IMG/VR virus record: IMGVR_UViG_3300027779_003675
Location: 1 to 58,906 of that record
Length of the DNA: 58,906 bases
Direction: 5' to 3' (one strand)
DNA from: a virus
Lineage: Duplodnaviria; Caudoviricetes
Part shown: in pieces, positions 37,559 to 45,938 of the stretch
How the letters are laid out: the number at the start of each line of letters is the position of its first letter
Numbering within the stretch: position 1 is the stretch's first letter
Notes under the pieces: model-generated
Databases searched by the model: none
What the model saw: only the letters and a program-made list of their open reading frames with translations
Told to the model about the DNA's origin: nothing
Translations under genes and position numbers: made by a program

Positions 37559-37999
37559 TCACTCTTCTGGATCCCCGTCAAGCAAATTGTTTTCGCCAAC
37601 GGTGTCCAGCAACTTCCTGCAGATAAAGATAAGATTATTAATGTCTCGCGGGATAATAGAAATAGGGTTGCAGTATTCTTCGATACTATCGGTAACCTCG
37701 CAGGCCTTATTGACTATTTTAGCGATCTCCAAGGATGCCGACCCATCGAGCTTTACCGTTTGTTCATAAGCTCCTAGGTCTTTTTTCAGAATCCAAACTC
37801 TCCTGTTTTTTATTTCGGCTTGGGCCGTTATGTCGCCGCTTGTTAATTCCTTCAGGGCCTCCACTAGCGAAGCCTTGGTTATGGCCTCGTCGGCTGTTAT
37901 TATAACAAGAGACTTGAAGTCCCTATCTAAATCGAATGATTCGTTTTCGCAAAACCAAGAGATGAGGCGGTTACATGATTCAATTACAGTCACATACAT
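37559..37999 (-). CDS. Hypothetical protein (start reassigned to ATG 37999)
   Basis: The longer call overlaps the divergent promoter and dCMP deaminase gene. Confidence 0.65.
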   Translation of the reverse strand: MYVTVIESCNRLISWFCENESFDLDRDFKSLVIITADEAITKASLVEALKELTSGDITAQAEIKNRRVWILKKDLGAYEQTVKLDGSASLEIAKIVNKACEVTDSIEEYCNPISIIPRDINNLIFICRKLLDTVGENNLLDGDPEE

Positions 38000-38006
38000 T
38001 ATTAGC

Positions 38007-38034
38007 TTGACTTTCAAAAAAAACAAAGTAAAAT
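38007..38034 (+). promoter_or_regulatory. sigma70-like promoter, leaderless
   Basis: TTGACT-N16-TAAAAT-N6-ATG(38041). Confidence 0.65.
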
Positions 38035-38040
38035 AGGCAG

Positions 38041-38478
38041 ATGAGGATTTCTTGGGATGAGTACGCTCTGGAACTAGCCTATAGCGCATCGAAAAGAAGC
38101 GAAGACCCGTACCGGCAAGTGGGGGCTTGCGCCCTCGGCGTTAACAACATGGTTCTTGGACTGGGATACAACGGGCTAACCTCTGGGAAAGCAGTAAGTG
38201 ATGAGTTCTGGAAAGACAGAGACAATAGGCGAAAGTATATGATTCACGCCGAAACAAACTGCCTAAGCCTATTCAAGAACGGGGAGAGTCGCCTGATAGC
38301 AGTAACACTTTTGCCCTGCTCTTCCTGTGCTACAGCTATAGCAGCCTACGGAATCAAAAAAGTTATTTACTCAGAAATGTATGAGAACGACAAAAAAGCA
38401 TTGGAAATTTTTGATTTCTACAATGTAGAATTAGAAAGAGTGGTTCTTCTAGATAAGACTCTTGACAGACATGGATGA
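38041..38478 (+). CDS. dCMP deaminase
   Basis: RS.DP..QVGA, GYNG, HAE, PCSSC. Confidence 0.92.
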   Translation: MRISWDEYALELAYSASKRSEDPYRQVGACALGVNNMVLGLGYNGLTSGKAVSDEFWKDRDNRRKYMIHAETNCLSLFKNGESRLIAVTLLPCSSCATAIAAYGIKKVIYSEMYENDKKALEIFDFYNVELERVVLLDKTLDRHG

Positions 38479-38490
38479 ATGCGTTATATT
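38462..38490 (+). promoter_or_regulatory. sigma70-like promoter
   Basis: TTGACA-N17-TATATT upstream of dut. Confidence 0.6.
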
Positions 38491-38583
38491 AATTGTTGTA
38501 GGTTGGTTTTGCTGGGGGAGCACAATCTTAGTGAGCGAAAAAAAAGACAGACGAAAACGTAAGAGCCGAGACCGTAAATCATT

Positions 38584-39006
38584 GTGAAAATAAGAATAAA
38601 AAGACTTAAACCTGACGGAAGAGTACCGACAAGAGCGAAAAGCTCAGACGCTGGATACGACCTGTATTCAACCGCAGACATGTTAATTACTCCGACAGCC
38701 AGAGAACTTGTCCCCACGGGCATCGCTATAGAAATACCCGAAGGGTACTACGGAAGAATAGCTCCTAGAAGCGGGTTAGCCGTCAAAGCAGGCGTTGACA
38801 TCTTGGCCGGAGTTGTGGACTCAGGCTACAGAAACGAAGTAAAAGTAGTTATGATAAACCTAGGGCAAGGATTAGTTTCCATAACTAAAGGAGACAGGGT
38901 AGCTCAATTAATTATAGAGAAGTGTCATGACGCAGAGTGGGAAGAAGTCAAAGAGTTGTCTGACTCCGACAGAGGAGAGAGCGGCTTTGGCAGTTCTGGC
39001 AATTAA
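38584..39006 (+). CDS. dut: dUTPase
   Basis: AGYDL, APRSG, GVVDSGYR, RVAQL, RGESGFGSSG. Confidence 0.96.
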   Translation: MKIRIKRLKPDGRVPTRAKSSDAGYDLYSTADMLITPTARELVPTGIAIEIPEGYYGRIAPRSGLAVKAGVDILAGVVDSGYRNEVKVVMINLGQGLVSITKGDRVAQLIIEKCHDAEWEEVKELSDSDRGESGFGSSGN

Positions 39007-39012
39007 AAACGA

Positions 39013-39711
39013 ATGACAACCCTTAAGGATAAGTGGATAGAGACGGGCTTATCCGCCCCTTCGGAAGAAGACCTCGACGGATATACAATATTCTCAGAAG
39101 AGAACGTTTCCGACGCTAACTGGAGAGCGAAGTACCTTTCCCCCAATATAGTCAGCAACACTTGGGACCTAACCTTAGACGAAATTGGCCACCAAGGACA
39201 CACTCATATATTCAACACAGGCAAGGTCTTCTCTCCTTCTTACTGCGGGGAAATAATTAAAGAAGCGGAAAAAAACGGAGGCTGGTCAAGTAAACGTCAC
39301 GACAACTACCCAACTACCGATATGCTTTTAGACAAATTAGGAGCCAATACAGCTTACGAGAACGTCTTAAGAAGGTATATTTACCCGACTATTGTGGAGA
39401 AATGGAGACTGGAGGGGGAAAAATGGAACAAGCTAAAGGGGGAAAACTTTATAATAAGGTATAACCCCGGAGAACAAGCAGGACTAGCCCTTCACCACGA
39501 CTTTAGCGAATTCACATGCCTCACCACCCTAAACGAAGACTACGAAGGAGGCGGAACTTGGTTCTACAACCAAAAGACCTTACTTAAAAATGAAACCGGA
39601 GAAATGGCCTTTCACCCGGGGACGATAACCCATCTTCACGGAGGCAGACCAGTAACCGCGGGTGTAAGGTATATTATAGTTTCATTTTGCAGGTGTGATG
39701 GAGACGACTGA
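39013..39711 (+). CDS. PLOD-type lysyl hydroxylase catalytic domain (2OG-Fe(II) dioxygenase), stand-alone
   Basis: W..KY, C.E.I..E..GGWS..RH..YPT.D, NFIIRY.P.EQ..L..HHD.S.FT, DYEGGG, HPG.ITH.H.G.P.T.G.RYIIVSF. Confidence 0.88.
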   Translation: MTTLKDKWIETGLSAPSEEDLDGYTIFSEENVSDANWRAKYLSPNIVSNTWDLTLDEIGHQGHTHIFNTGKVFSPSYCGEIIKEAEKNGGWSSKRHDNYPTTDMLLDKLGANTAYENVLRRYIYPTIVEKWRLEGEKWNKLKGENFIIRYNPGEQAGLALHHDFSEFTCLTTLNEDYEGGGTWFYNQKTLLKNETGEMAFHPGTITHLHGGRPVTAGVRYIIVSFCRCDGDD

Positions 39712-40078
39712 CATAGCTTTAATTAACTTGGGAATAATCTCGTCCTCTGCTTATTTTTTATTTATATGGTTCGAGACGAACGTCGTAATAGAATACGCAA
39801 AACTGCTTCACCTTGATTCCCTTTTCTATACAAAAGAGTACGAAGAAAGCCTTGAGCTGGTACCGGACTTACCCTACTCGCTTTTTATCGTAACCCATAA
39901 AGACACTTTTGTTAACAGGCTTTTTAGTTGCCCCTTCTGTCTGTGTACATGGATGATGATTTACTTTGGGATTATATTCTCTTTTGTAATGGGGTTCAAA
40001 GTGCTTGGTTTTATTTTCTTGGATTGGTTCGCGGCTCTTTTCTTATACAAAGCTTTATCTAACTATTTTTCAAAATGA
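39695..40078 (+). CDS. DUF1360-like membrane protein
   Basis: LFSCPFCLCTW between TM helices. Confidence 0.6.
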   Translation: MMETTDIALINLGIISSSAYFLFIWFETNVVIEYAKLLHLDSLFYTKEYEESLELVPDLPYSLFIVTHKDTFVNRLFSCPFCLCTWMMIYFGIIFSFVMGFKVLGFIFLDWFAALFLYKALSNYFSK

Positions 40079-40371
40079 CCGTAAACAACAGTCGAGACTT
40101 CGCCTTGCTGCTAAGCGACAGACCCAACTTAATCTCAAGAGTAGTGCATTTTAAAATATTCATGGGGTTAGTTAATACCCTAAACAGAGGATGCAAGTGT
40201 AATAGAAATAAGCTAGCAGAACAGATTGAGCTATCATATAAGACAGTACTATTAAAGAAGAAAGACAGCGAGATCTTTCAAGAAGAAGTGAAAGAGCTAC
40301 TTTTAGGAAATAACGAAAAGTCAATAACTTTTTACCACAAAAAAGAAAAAATATTTTCATTCGAAATATGA
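40075..40371 (+). CDS. Hypothetical protein (GCKC)
   Basis: Overlaps its neighbours. Confidence 0.65.
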   Translation: MTVNNSRDFALLLSDRPNLISRVVHFKIFMGLVNTLNRGCKCNRNKLAEQIELSYKTVLLKKKDSEIFQEEVKELLLGNNEKSITFYHKKEKIFSFEI

Positions 40372-40589
40372 ATAAAAACCCACGAGGGCCTAAAGAACAC
40401 GCCCCTAACCCCGTTAGCAAAACAGATTATCTCAAGCAGATGATAGGAGACACCGTCTTAGTAACCTCTATCGAAGAAGCAGACTGGCATGGCGAAGTCT
40501 CTTCAGTAATAGACGAGGAGACCGTAGTAGTGACGAGCGCACAAGGAGACCCTAGGATAGTGGATATTTTTAAGCTTAGGTCTATATGA
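40368..40589 (+). CDS. Hypothetical small beta protein
   Basis: ATGA overlap with the upstream gene. Confidence 0.65.
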   Translation: MNKNPRGPKEHAPNPVSKTDYLKQMIGDTVLVTSIEEADWHGEVSSVIDEETVVVTSAQGDPRIVDIFKLRSI

Positions 40590-40630
40590 AACAAAAACAA
40601 AAAAAGCCGCTGAGATAAACCCAGCGGCTT
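40590..40630 (-). terminator. Intrinsic terminator between convergent genes
   Basis: AAGCCGCTG/CAGCGGCTT stem with a long T-run on the - strand. Confidence 0.8.
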
Positions 40631-40648
40631 CTGAATTTCTACGACTGC

Positions 40649-41017
40649 TTACTTCTTAGCTTTTTTGCTCTTACCCTTTTTGGCTGGAGCGGACTCCTTA
40701 ACGCCTGAAGTGGTAACCGAAAGCTTCGAGCCCTTAACCCCTACGGTCAAAGAAGGAGACTTAACTCCGACCTTACACCAAGGCAAAGACAAGCTTGCCC
40801 CACCAGAAGAGACCTTTGCGTCGACTGATGTGCCAGCAGCGGGCCCCAAAACAATGCTTGGAACAGGAACCGCCAAGGTCTGTCCGAACAGAGTTACACT
40901 AGGAGAGGAACCCAAAGAGGCACCAAACCATCCAGCCCTAGGGCTCTCGCTGCATACAAACAAAGCAGCAGCAGCCGTCAATATAATAATAGTTTTCTTC
41001 ATAACCGTAATTTTCAT
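40649..41017 (-). CDS. Secreted/exported hypothetical protein with a Lys-rich tail
   Basis: MKKTIIILTAAAALF signal peptide (second Met is the likely start). Confidence 0.65.
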   Translation of the reverse strand: MKITVMKKTIIILTAAAALFVCSESPRAGWFGASLGSSPSVTLFGQTLAVPVPSIVLGPAAGTSVDAKVSSGGASLSLPWCKVGVKSPSLTVGVKGSKLSVTTSGVKESAPAKKGKSKKAKK

Positions 41018-41086
41018 TACACAACCATTTTACGGCCCAGAGATAAAAAAGTCGAAAAAATTTTAAGTTTTTTCTATTATGGTTAG

Positions 41087-41299
41087 ATGGCTAAAGAGAA
41101 AGAGACGACGGACGCCACCGTAGAAATCGTATCTGTTCACGAAAACGATGACGGATCAGCGAAAATAACCTTTAGCGTTAACGACGACTTTATAGCTTTA
41201 TATAAAAAAGACACAGGAAAAAAAAGAGCCACAAAGAAGGGGCTTTCTAATTTTCTATACGATATAGTAATGAAAGCTATGGATGAACGATATAAATAA
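41087..41299 (+). CDS. Hypothetical protein
   Basis: 70 aa ATG ORF. Confidence 0.65.
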   Translation: MAKEKETTDATVEIVSVHENDDGSAKITFSVNDDFIALYKKDTGKKRATKKGLSNFLYDIVMKAMDERYK

Positions 41300-41320
41300 A
41301 TTAAAATATATAAATTAAAA

Positions 41321-41327
41321 GTGTAAT
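41321..41327 (+). promoter_or_regulatory. GTGTAAT motif (candidate phage-sigma promoter)
   Basis: 8 nt before ATG 41336; the motif recurs before other genes. Confidence 0.55.
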
Positions 41328-41335
41328 ATTATACA

Positions 41336-41503
41336 ATGGCACCATTCAGAAAAAAAGATAAATATTATGTTGTCCTATCCGAAAAGAGAAATTATACTCA
41401 AGGGGCTTTTGAGCACTCCCCAAACGGATACGAGAAAGCCATAGCGTACGTTAGAAGAATAGAAAGAAAGACTTCAGAAAAATATTACATTCTTGAGAAG
41501 TAA
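41336..41503 (+). CDS. Small hypothetical protein (55 aa, not in ORF track)
   Basis: MAPFRKKDKYYVV...; TAATG coupling to the next gene. Confidence 0.65.
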   Translation: MAPFRKKDKYYVVLSEKRNYTQGAFEHSPNGYEKAIAYVRRIERKTSEKYYILEK

Positions 41504-42747
41504 TGAACAAAACGAAACGCGCGAAAAGCAAAGCCAAAAAAGTCAAACATTCCCCGAAAAACGATCCGAAGACAGTGGACTATATACTGTGTCTCACTAT
41601 GATCGTAAAGAATGAATCCAAGATCATAAAGAGATGCCTTGATTCTGTTAAAGACCATATAGACTATTGGGTTATAGTCGACACGGGTTCAACCGACGGA
41701 ACACAAGATATAATTAAAAAACACCTTGACGGTATCCCCGGGGAACTGCATGAAAGCGAGTTCGTAAATTTTGGGTATAACCGAACTGAGTCACTAAAAC
41801 TATCTAAAGGTAAAGCGGAATATACACTTTTAATGGACGCTGACTTAGAGCTTAAAGTAATGAACCTTGACTTTAAGGAAGAGTTGATAAAACAAAATAA
41901 AGACGGGTACCTCCTAATTGAATGCTCGGGCTTAAACAAAGACGGATCATATAAGGGCTTCAGCTATAGGAACAGAATAGTCTTAAGAAACAGCCTAGAC
42001 TGGGTTTTCAAAGGGTCAACCCACGAGGTAGTAGACCTAAAAGAAGGCGAACCTAACTGTTTAATATATGACGGAATCTGGATCCACAACAGATACGATG
42101 GAGGGAGCAAGTCCGAAAAATATACCAGAGATATTAGACTTTTAAAAAAAGACCTAGAAGACGACCCAAACAACGACAGGGCAATGTTTTACCTAGGTGA
42201 AAGCTATATACATCTAGCCGAACAAGAGGGAATAAACAGAGAAGACCTAAGGTGCGTTGAATTACTGCGAAACGCAACCAAATGGTACAAAAAAAGGTCA
42301 GAGATGAAAGGCACTTGGCCTCAGGAAATTTATTACTCTCTATTCAAAATGGCTCAAGCCAAGACGTATCTAAGCGGGCAAATAGATATCTTGGGATACC
42401 TTAAGGCTTACAACTTCAAACCTTCTCGCCTAGAACCTATTGAAAAAGTGCTCCGACACTGTAGGGAAAACGAATTATACAACATAGGATATATGTTGGG
42501 TAAGGCCGCTATAGACAACGAAGAAAAACTAGAAGACGACGCGCTATTCGTTGACGGGGACGTCTACCTATACGAAATGCTTGACGAGTTTTCCATTTGC
42601 GCGAGTTGGTCAGGGAACAATAGAGAAGCCGTAAAGGTAATGGAGAGCATTATCCCTAAAATAGAAGGAGAGGTAGAAAAAGAGACCGAAGATAGGATAA
42701 AAGAAAATTTAAAAATTTGTAGAGAACTGCTATCCAAGAACGTATAA
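41503..42747 (+). CDS. GT2 glycosyltransferase with TPR repeats
   Basis: LTMIVKNE, VDTGSTDGT, LMDAD, THE, RAMFYLGESY. Confidence 0.88.
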   Translation: MNKTKRAKSKAKKVKHSPKNDPKTVDYILCLTMIVKNESKIIKRCLDSVKDHIDYWVIVDTGSTDGTQDIIKKHLDGIPGELHESEFVNFGYNRTESLKLSKGKAEYTLLMDADLELKVMNLDFKEELIKQNKDGYLLIECSGLNKDGSYKGFSYRNRIVLRNSLDWVFKGSTHEVVDLKEGEPNCLIYDGIWIHNRYDGGSKSEKYTRDIRLLKKDLEDDPNNDRAMFYLGESYIHLAEQEGINREDLRCVELLRNATKWYKKRSEMKGTWPQEIYYSLFKMAQAKTYLSGQIDILGYLKAYNFKPSRLEPIEKVLRHCRENELYNIGYMLGKAAIDNEEKLEDDALFVDGDVYLYEMLDEFSICASWSGNNREAVKVMESIIPKIEGEVEKETEDRIKENLKICRELLSKNV

Positions 42748-42866
42748 ACAAGTGGGAACACGCTGGCGGAAGCGTGCTGCCACACGAGAGCCCCTTCGAA
42801 CAGGTTTCTATGTTTACCTAAGTAGACGGGGCTTGACTTTTAGTGTATTAAAATAAAGGAAAACCA

Positions 42867-43016
42867 ATGACGACATTTATAATATTATTGATATCAGCGA
42901 CGCTTAACGCAGCGCTAGGATACTGGGTATATACCCTAAAGAAACCGGCCTTCAAAAAAGCCGCAGCCGAAATAAAAGAAGCGGCCGCAGCAGTTAAAGA
43001 TATAGGCGACAAGTAA
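42867..43016 (+). CDS. Small membrane-anchored protein (49 aa, not in ORF track)
   Basis: AAGGA upstream; MTTFIILLISATLNAALGYWVY TM segment followed by a Lys/Ala helix. Confidence 0.6.
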   Translation: MTTFIILLISATLNAALGYWVYTLKKPAFKKAAAEIKEAAAAVKDIGDK

Positions 43017-43117
43017 AACCGGGAACTATCACCCAACCGGATAGGGGAGTATACCCCAACGACAAGAGAGACGAGACCTATACACTTTTCTTTCCTAAGG
43101 AAAACCTCATTTAACTT

Positions 43118-43133
43118 TGGCACAATTCCTGCA
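43118..43133 (+). promoter_or_regulatory. sigma54 (-24/-12) promoter
   Basis: TGGCAC-AATTC-CTGCA, 14 nt before ATG 43148. Confidence 0.65.
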
Positions 43134-43147
43134 GTACAGTATTTGTT

Positions 43148-43678
43148 ATGTTTATTAAACGTATACTCAAGATCGGGTTGGTAGCTATTGTGGCGTCAGC
43201 GTTAACAACTATACAGGCTCAGCCTGCTCCTAAGCCAGATAAGCCTACAAAGGAGAAGCCTGAACGCGGTGGCAAGAAGTGGGATTCCGAAAAGGTTAAA
43301 GAGCGACTTAAGTCTGCTTTTGATAAGCGTAAGAAACGTCGCGGAGACGCCAAGAAAAGGGGCCACAAGATTCATGACCACAAGAAAGGCGGAAGTTTTG
43401 GTAAGCTTGTAAGAGACGACGCCAAGATTAAGGAACTGAAAGAGGCTTTTGCTGCTGCCGCCAAGAAAGGTTGGAAGGGTTTAGACAGGAAAGCGTGGAA
43501 AGGTGCCACGGACGACGAGAAGAAAGCTCTTAGAGAGAAAATGGCCGCTGGGAGAAAAGAGTGGTACGAGAAGATGAAATCTCATCGCGAGGAGGTCGGC
43601 AAACGCATTAAGGAAATCCGCAAAGAGTTTAAAAATAATCGTGATAAGGTGATCGACGGAAACGATCCGGGCGAATGA
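43148..43678 (+). CDS. Secreted, highly basic helical protein
   Basis: Signal peptide ending IQA-Q; K/R/E-rich helices. Confidence 0.75.
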   Translation: MFIKRILKIGLVAIVASALTTIQAQPAPKPDKPTKEKPERGGKKWDSEKVKERLKSAFDKRKKRRGDAKKRGHKIHDHKKGGSFGKLVRDDAKIKELKEAFAAAAKKGWKGLDRKAWKGATDDEKKALREKMAAGRKEWYEKMKSHREEVGKRIKEIRKEFKNNRDKVIDGNDPGE

Positions 43679-43690
43679 AAGGGTGAGGAT

Positions 43691-43723
43691 CTTGTTATAC
43701 AATACCACAAATTGTATAACAAG
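43691..43723. repeat. Perfect 13-bp inverted repeat
   Basis: CTTGTTATACAAT-ACCACAA-ATTGTATAACAAG. Confidence 0.85.
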
Positions 43724-43901
43724 AACCCTATTATACCCCCTCTAGCATAGCGGAGAGGAATCTCAAGTCTACCGCAGAAGTGAACTGGGAGTTAAGGATA
43801 CCAAGAAGCAAAGTAGGAATTGTTATAATAAGAAGACCCGCACACCAAGGTGGAGACATCATAATAAGATAATTAGTTCAGAGTTAGTGGATACAGAGAC
43901 T

Positions 43902-43938
43902 AAGAAGGGGGGAGCTTCGGCTCCCTCTTTTTTATTTT
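43902..43938 (+). terminator. Intrinsic terminator
   Basis: GGGAGC-TTCG-GCTCCC followed by a T-run. Confidence 0.85.
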
Positions 43939-44258
43939 ATAACACTTAATATTGCTATATGTTTTAGCAAATCTATTTGAGTTTCTATAGTAATGCGCCT
44001 AGCTACGATAGTCCTAGGGTAATTAAATTCATAGTCTAGCCTCACGCCTTCTTCTCTTTCCCTTGGTGTTATTATATCTTCTATGTAGTCTAGCATGCCA
44101 ACTCTTTTCATAAAGCACCAATATAGATCTTTCATTTTTTGGGGAGACTCAACTAAAACGTCTAGTTTGTAGTCGCATCTTGAAACAGCAGTAACATACC
44201 TAAAAGGCAGCGTTTCTGTAGGTGGTTCAGTTAGTCCTGCAACTATTATTAAGTTCAC
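43932..44258 (-). CDS. Hypothetical protein
   Basis: 108 aa; GTGTAAC upstream. Confidence 0.65.
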   Translation of the reverse strand: MNLIIVAGLTEPPTETLPFRYVTAVSRCDYKLDVLVESPQKMKDLYWCFMKRVGMLDYIEDIITPREREEGVRLDYEFNYPRTIVARRITIETQIDLLKHIAILSVIK

Positions 44259-44326
44259 ACCTCAAGTAGTTACACTTGTCGATTTAGCGTGTATATACCT
44301 AGCACCTGACGATCAGGGCGCGAGTT

Positions 44327-44641
44327 ATGAAAAAAAACGAAAGTATGAAAACATTAACAATAACTAAAGTTGGAACATGGTCACTAGCGAATTTCGCTGG
44401 CCTACTCGGAGTCATTACAGGAGCAATAAAAGCTATTATTCTGCCTGTTTTGGCCTCAATTGGGTCGGGAGGACTCGCGGATGTTGACGCCGCAGTAAGG
44501 AGCGTCAGCACCGCTGTTTCTGCCGATATCGCAAGCGTTGCCGCTTTTGGTATAGCAGGGTGGGTAGCTGGCTGGGTTTACGCATGGATAACAAACTGGG
44601 TATTAAAACTCACTAAAGGCGTAAACTTCGAGACGAAGTAA
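44327..44641 (+). CDS. Membrane protein (DUF3566-like)
   Basis: TKVGTWSL, two TM helices, NW..K.T.GV. Confidence 0.6.
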   Translation: MKKNESMKTLTITKVGTWSLANFAGLLGVITGAIKAIILPVLASIGSGGLADVDAAVRSVSTAVSADIASVAAFGIAGWVAGWVYAWITNWVLKLTKGVNFETK

Positions 44642-44655
44642 AACCAATCAAGAGT

Positions 44656-44685
44656 AGAGCCCCCCGTTTAACTATGGGGGGCTTT
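44656..44685 (+). terminator. Intrinsic terminator
   Basis: AGCCCCCC/GGGGGGCT stem followed by TTT. Confidence 0.65.
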
Positions 44686-44807
44686 GCTGTACAGGACCAC
44701 GTACATACGGGACTAAAAGTCCCATTTCTTTGATTCTCTACTTCCTAGATATAGGGGTATTCTGTCACACCTACTTAAAAAAACCTTTATTTTAACTGTT
44801 TTTGGGC

Positions 44808-44823
44808 TGGCACGGAGCTTGCT
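44808..44823 (+). promoter_or_regulatory. sigma54 (-24/-12) promoter
   Basis: TGGCACG-GAGC-TTGCT exact consensus, 12 nt before the Hsp20 ATG. Confidence 0.8.
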
Positions 44824-44835
44824 ATAGGTAAGGCC

Positions 44836-45225
44836 ATGAGTGCTACAATTAACACTACTAGATTATTCGAGCCTTTCATTAACACCTTGGTCGGCGTTAT
44901 AGATTCAGAGTTTCAGCCTTTTACCTTCCCTGAAGGAGGGAGATGGGAAAATTCAGGCTTTGAACAAAAAGAAAACAGCTACCTTCTGGAACTCGAAGTT
45001 CCGGGTTTTTCCAAGAAAACCTTAGCTATAACCGTGAACCAAGACAATTTAAGGGTAAAAGGCAAAGTCAAAAGAAACGAAAAGGATCACACTATAGATA
45101 GAATCTTCTCTATCCCTATAGACGTTGATACCAAAGCAGTTAGCGCAAAGCTAGAGAACGGCCTGTTAGCGATTACCCTTTCTAAACTTACCCCACCCAA
45201 GGAGTCAGTTATTAAAATAAACTAA
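44836..45225 (+). CDS. Small heat shock protein (Hsp20)
   Basis: EVPGFSK, F.IP..VD..VSAKLENGLLAITL.K. Confidence 0.92.
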   Translation: MSATINTTRLFEPFINTLVGVIDSEFQPFTFPEGGRWENSGFEQKENSYLLELEVPGFSKKTLAITVNQDNLRVKGKVKRNEKDHTIDRIFSIPIDVDTKAVSAKLENGLLAITLSKLTPPKESVIKIN

Positions 45226-45238
45226 AGGTAAAAAAACC

Positions 45239-45267
45239 TTGACTAAAGAGCAGAAACGCGGTATACC
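45239..45267 (+). promoter_or_regulatory. sigma70-like promoter, leaderless
   Basis: TTGACT-N17-TATACC-N6-ATG(45274). Confidence 0.5.
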
Positions 45268-45273
45268 CTTCAT

Positions 45274-45927
45274 ATGGGTTGCCGCGTTTCTTTTGTCGGC
45301 CTAACGGGCTTGGCGGGTTCAGGAAAGGATTTATTCTTTTCTTTAAGTAGAGATATCTTAAAGAAGAAGCGTAAGCCTGCATGCCGAGTATCTTTGGCGG
45401 ACGCACTAAAAGAGCAAACAAAATCCACAATCAAGTCTATGTTTGGGATAGACCCAACCAACTGTTCTAGAGAAGAAAAAGAAAAAATAAGGGAACTTTT
45501 AGTCTTTTATGGAGCAGTAAAAAGAAGAGAAACAAGGGGTAGGTTTTGGATAAAGAAGGCTGAAAAATCGATATCAGTTATAAAGCAGCACCTTCTGGTG
45601 GAGCATGTGAAGCATGCTGTCATTTTCATAACAGATATAAGGTATGACCATTACGCCAATGACGAAAGGCATTGGATACAAGAAGAATTAGGGGGGCAAC
45701 TGATTCATATATCAAAATACAAAAGGGAACTTACGTTAGACGAGTCCTTAAATCTTAAGGAAGCTAAGACTCAGGATCTCCCCCCTAACCCGCAAGAAGC
45801 TCGGTTTGACCCTCTCCTTTCTGAGGCAGCGGATGTAAATCTTATATGGGGAGAAGAGGATTCCCCCGACAATCCGGAATTAATTAAGGTAGTTAATTCG
45901 ACTTTGAAAAAGATAGGTGTAATTTAA
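45274..45927 (+). CDS. dNMP kinase-like P-loop kinase
   Basis: GLAGSGKD, LADALK, R.LL..YG, FWI, ITDIRY..NDE. Confidence 0.8.
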   Translation: MGCRVSFVGLTGLAGSGKDLFFSLSRDILKKKRKPACRVSLADALKEQTKSTIKSMFGIDPTNCSREEKEKIRELLVFYGAVKRRETRGRFWIKKAEKSISVIKQHLLVEHVKHAVIFITDIRYDHYANDERHWIQEELGGQLIHISKYKRELTLDESLNLKEAKTQDLPPNPQEARFDPLLSEAADVNLIWGEEDSPDNPELIKVVNSTLKKIGVI

Positions 45928-45938
45928 AGAGTACAACC

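Noticed and set aside
39013-39711. Generic phage prolyl hydroxylase or DNA base-modifying dioxygenase, given its position after dCMP deaminase and dUTPase
   Set aside because: Motifs along the whole length match the PLOD C-terminal domain specifically; kept only as the alternative to test
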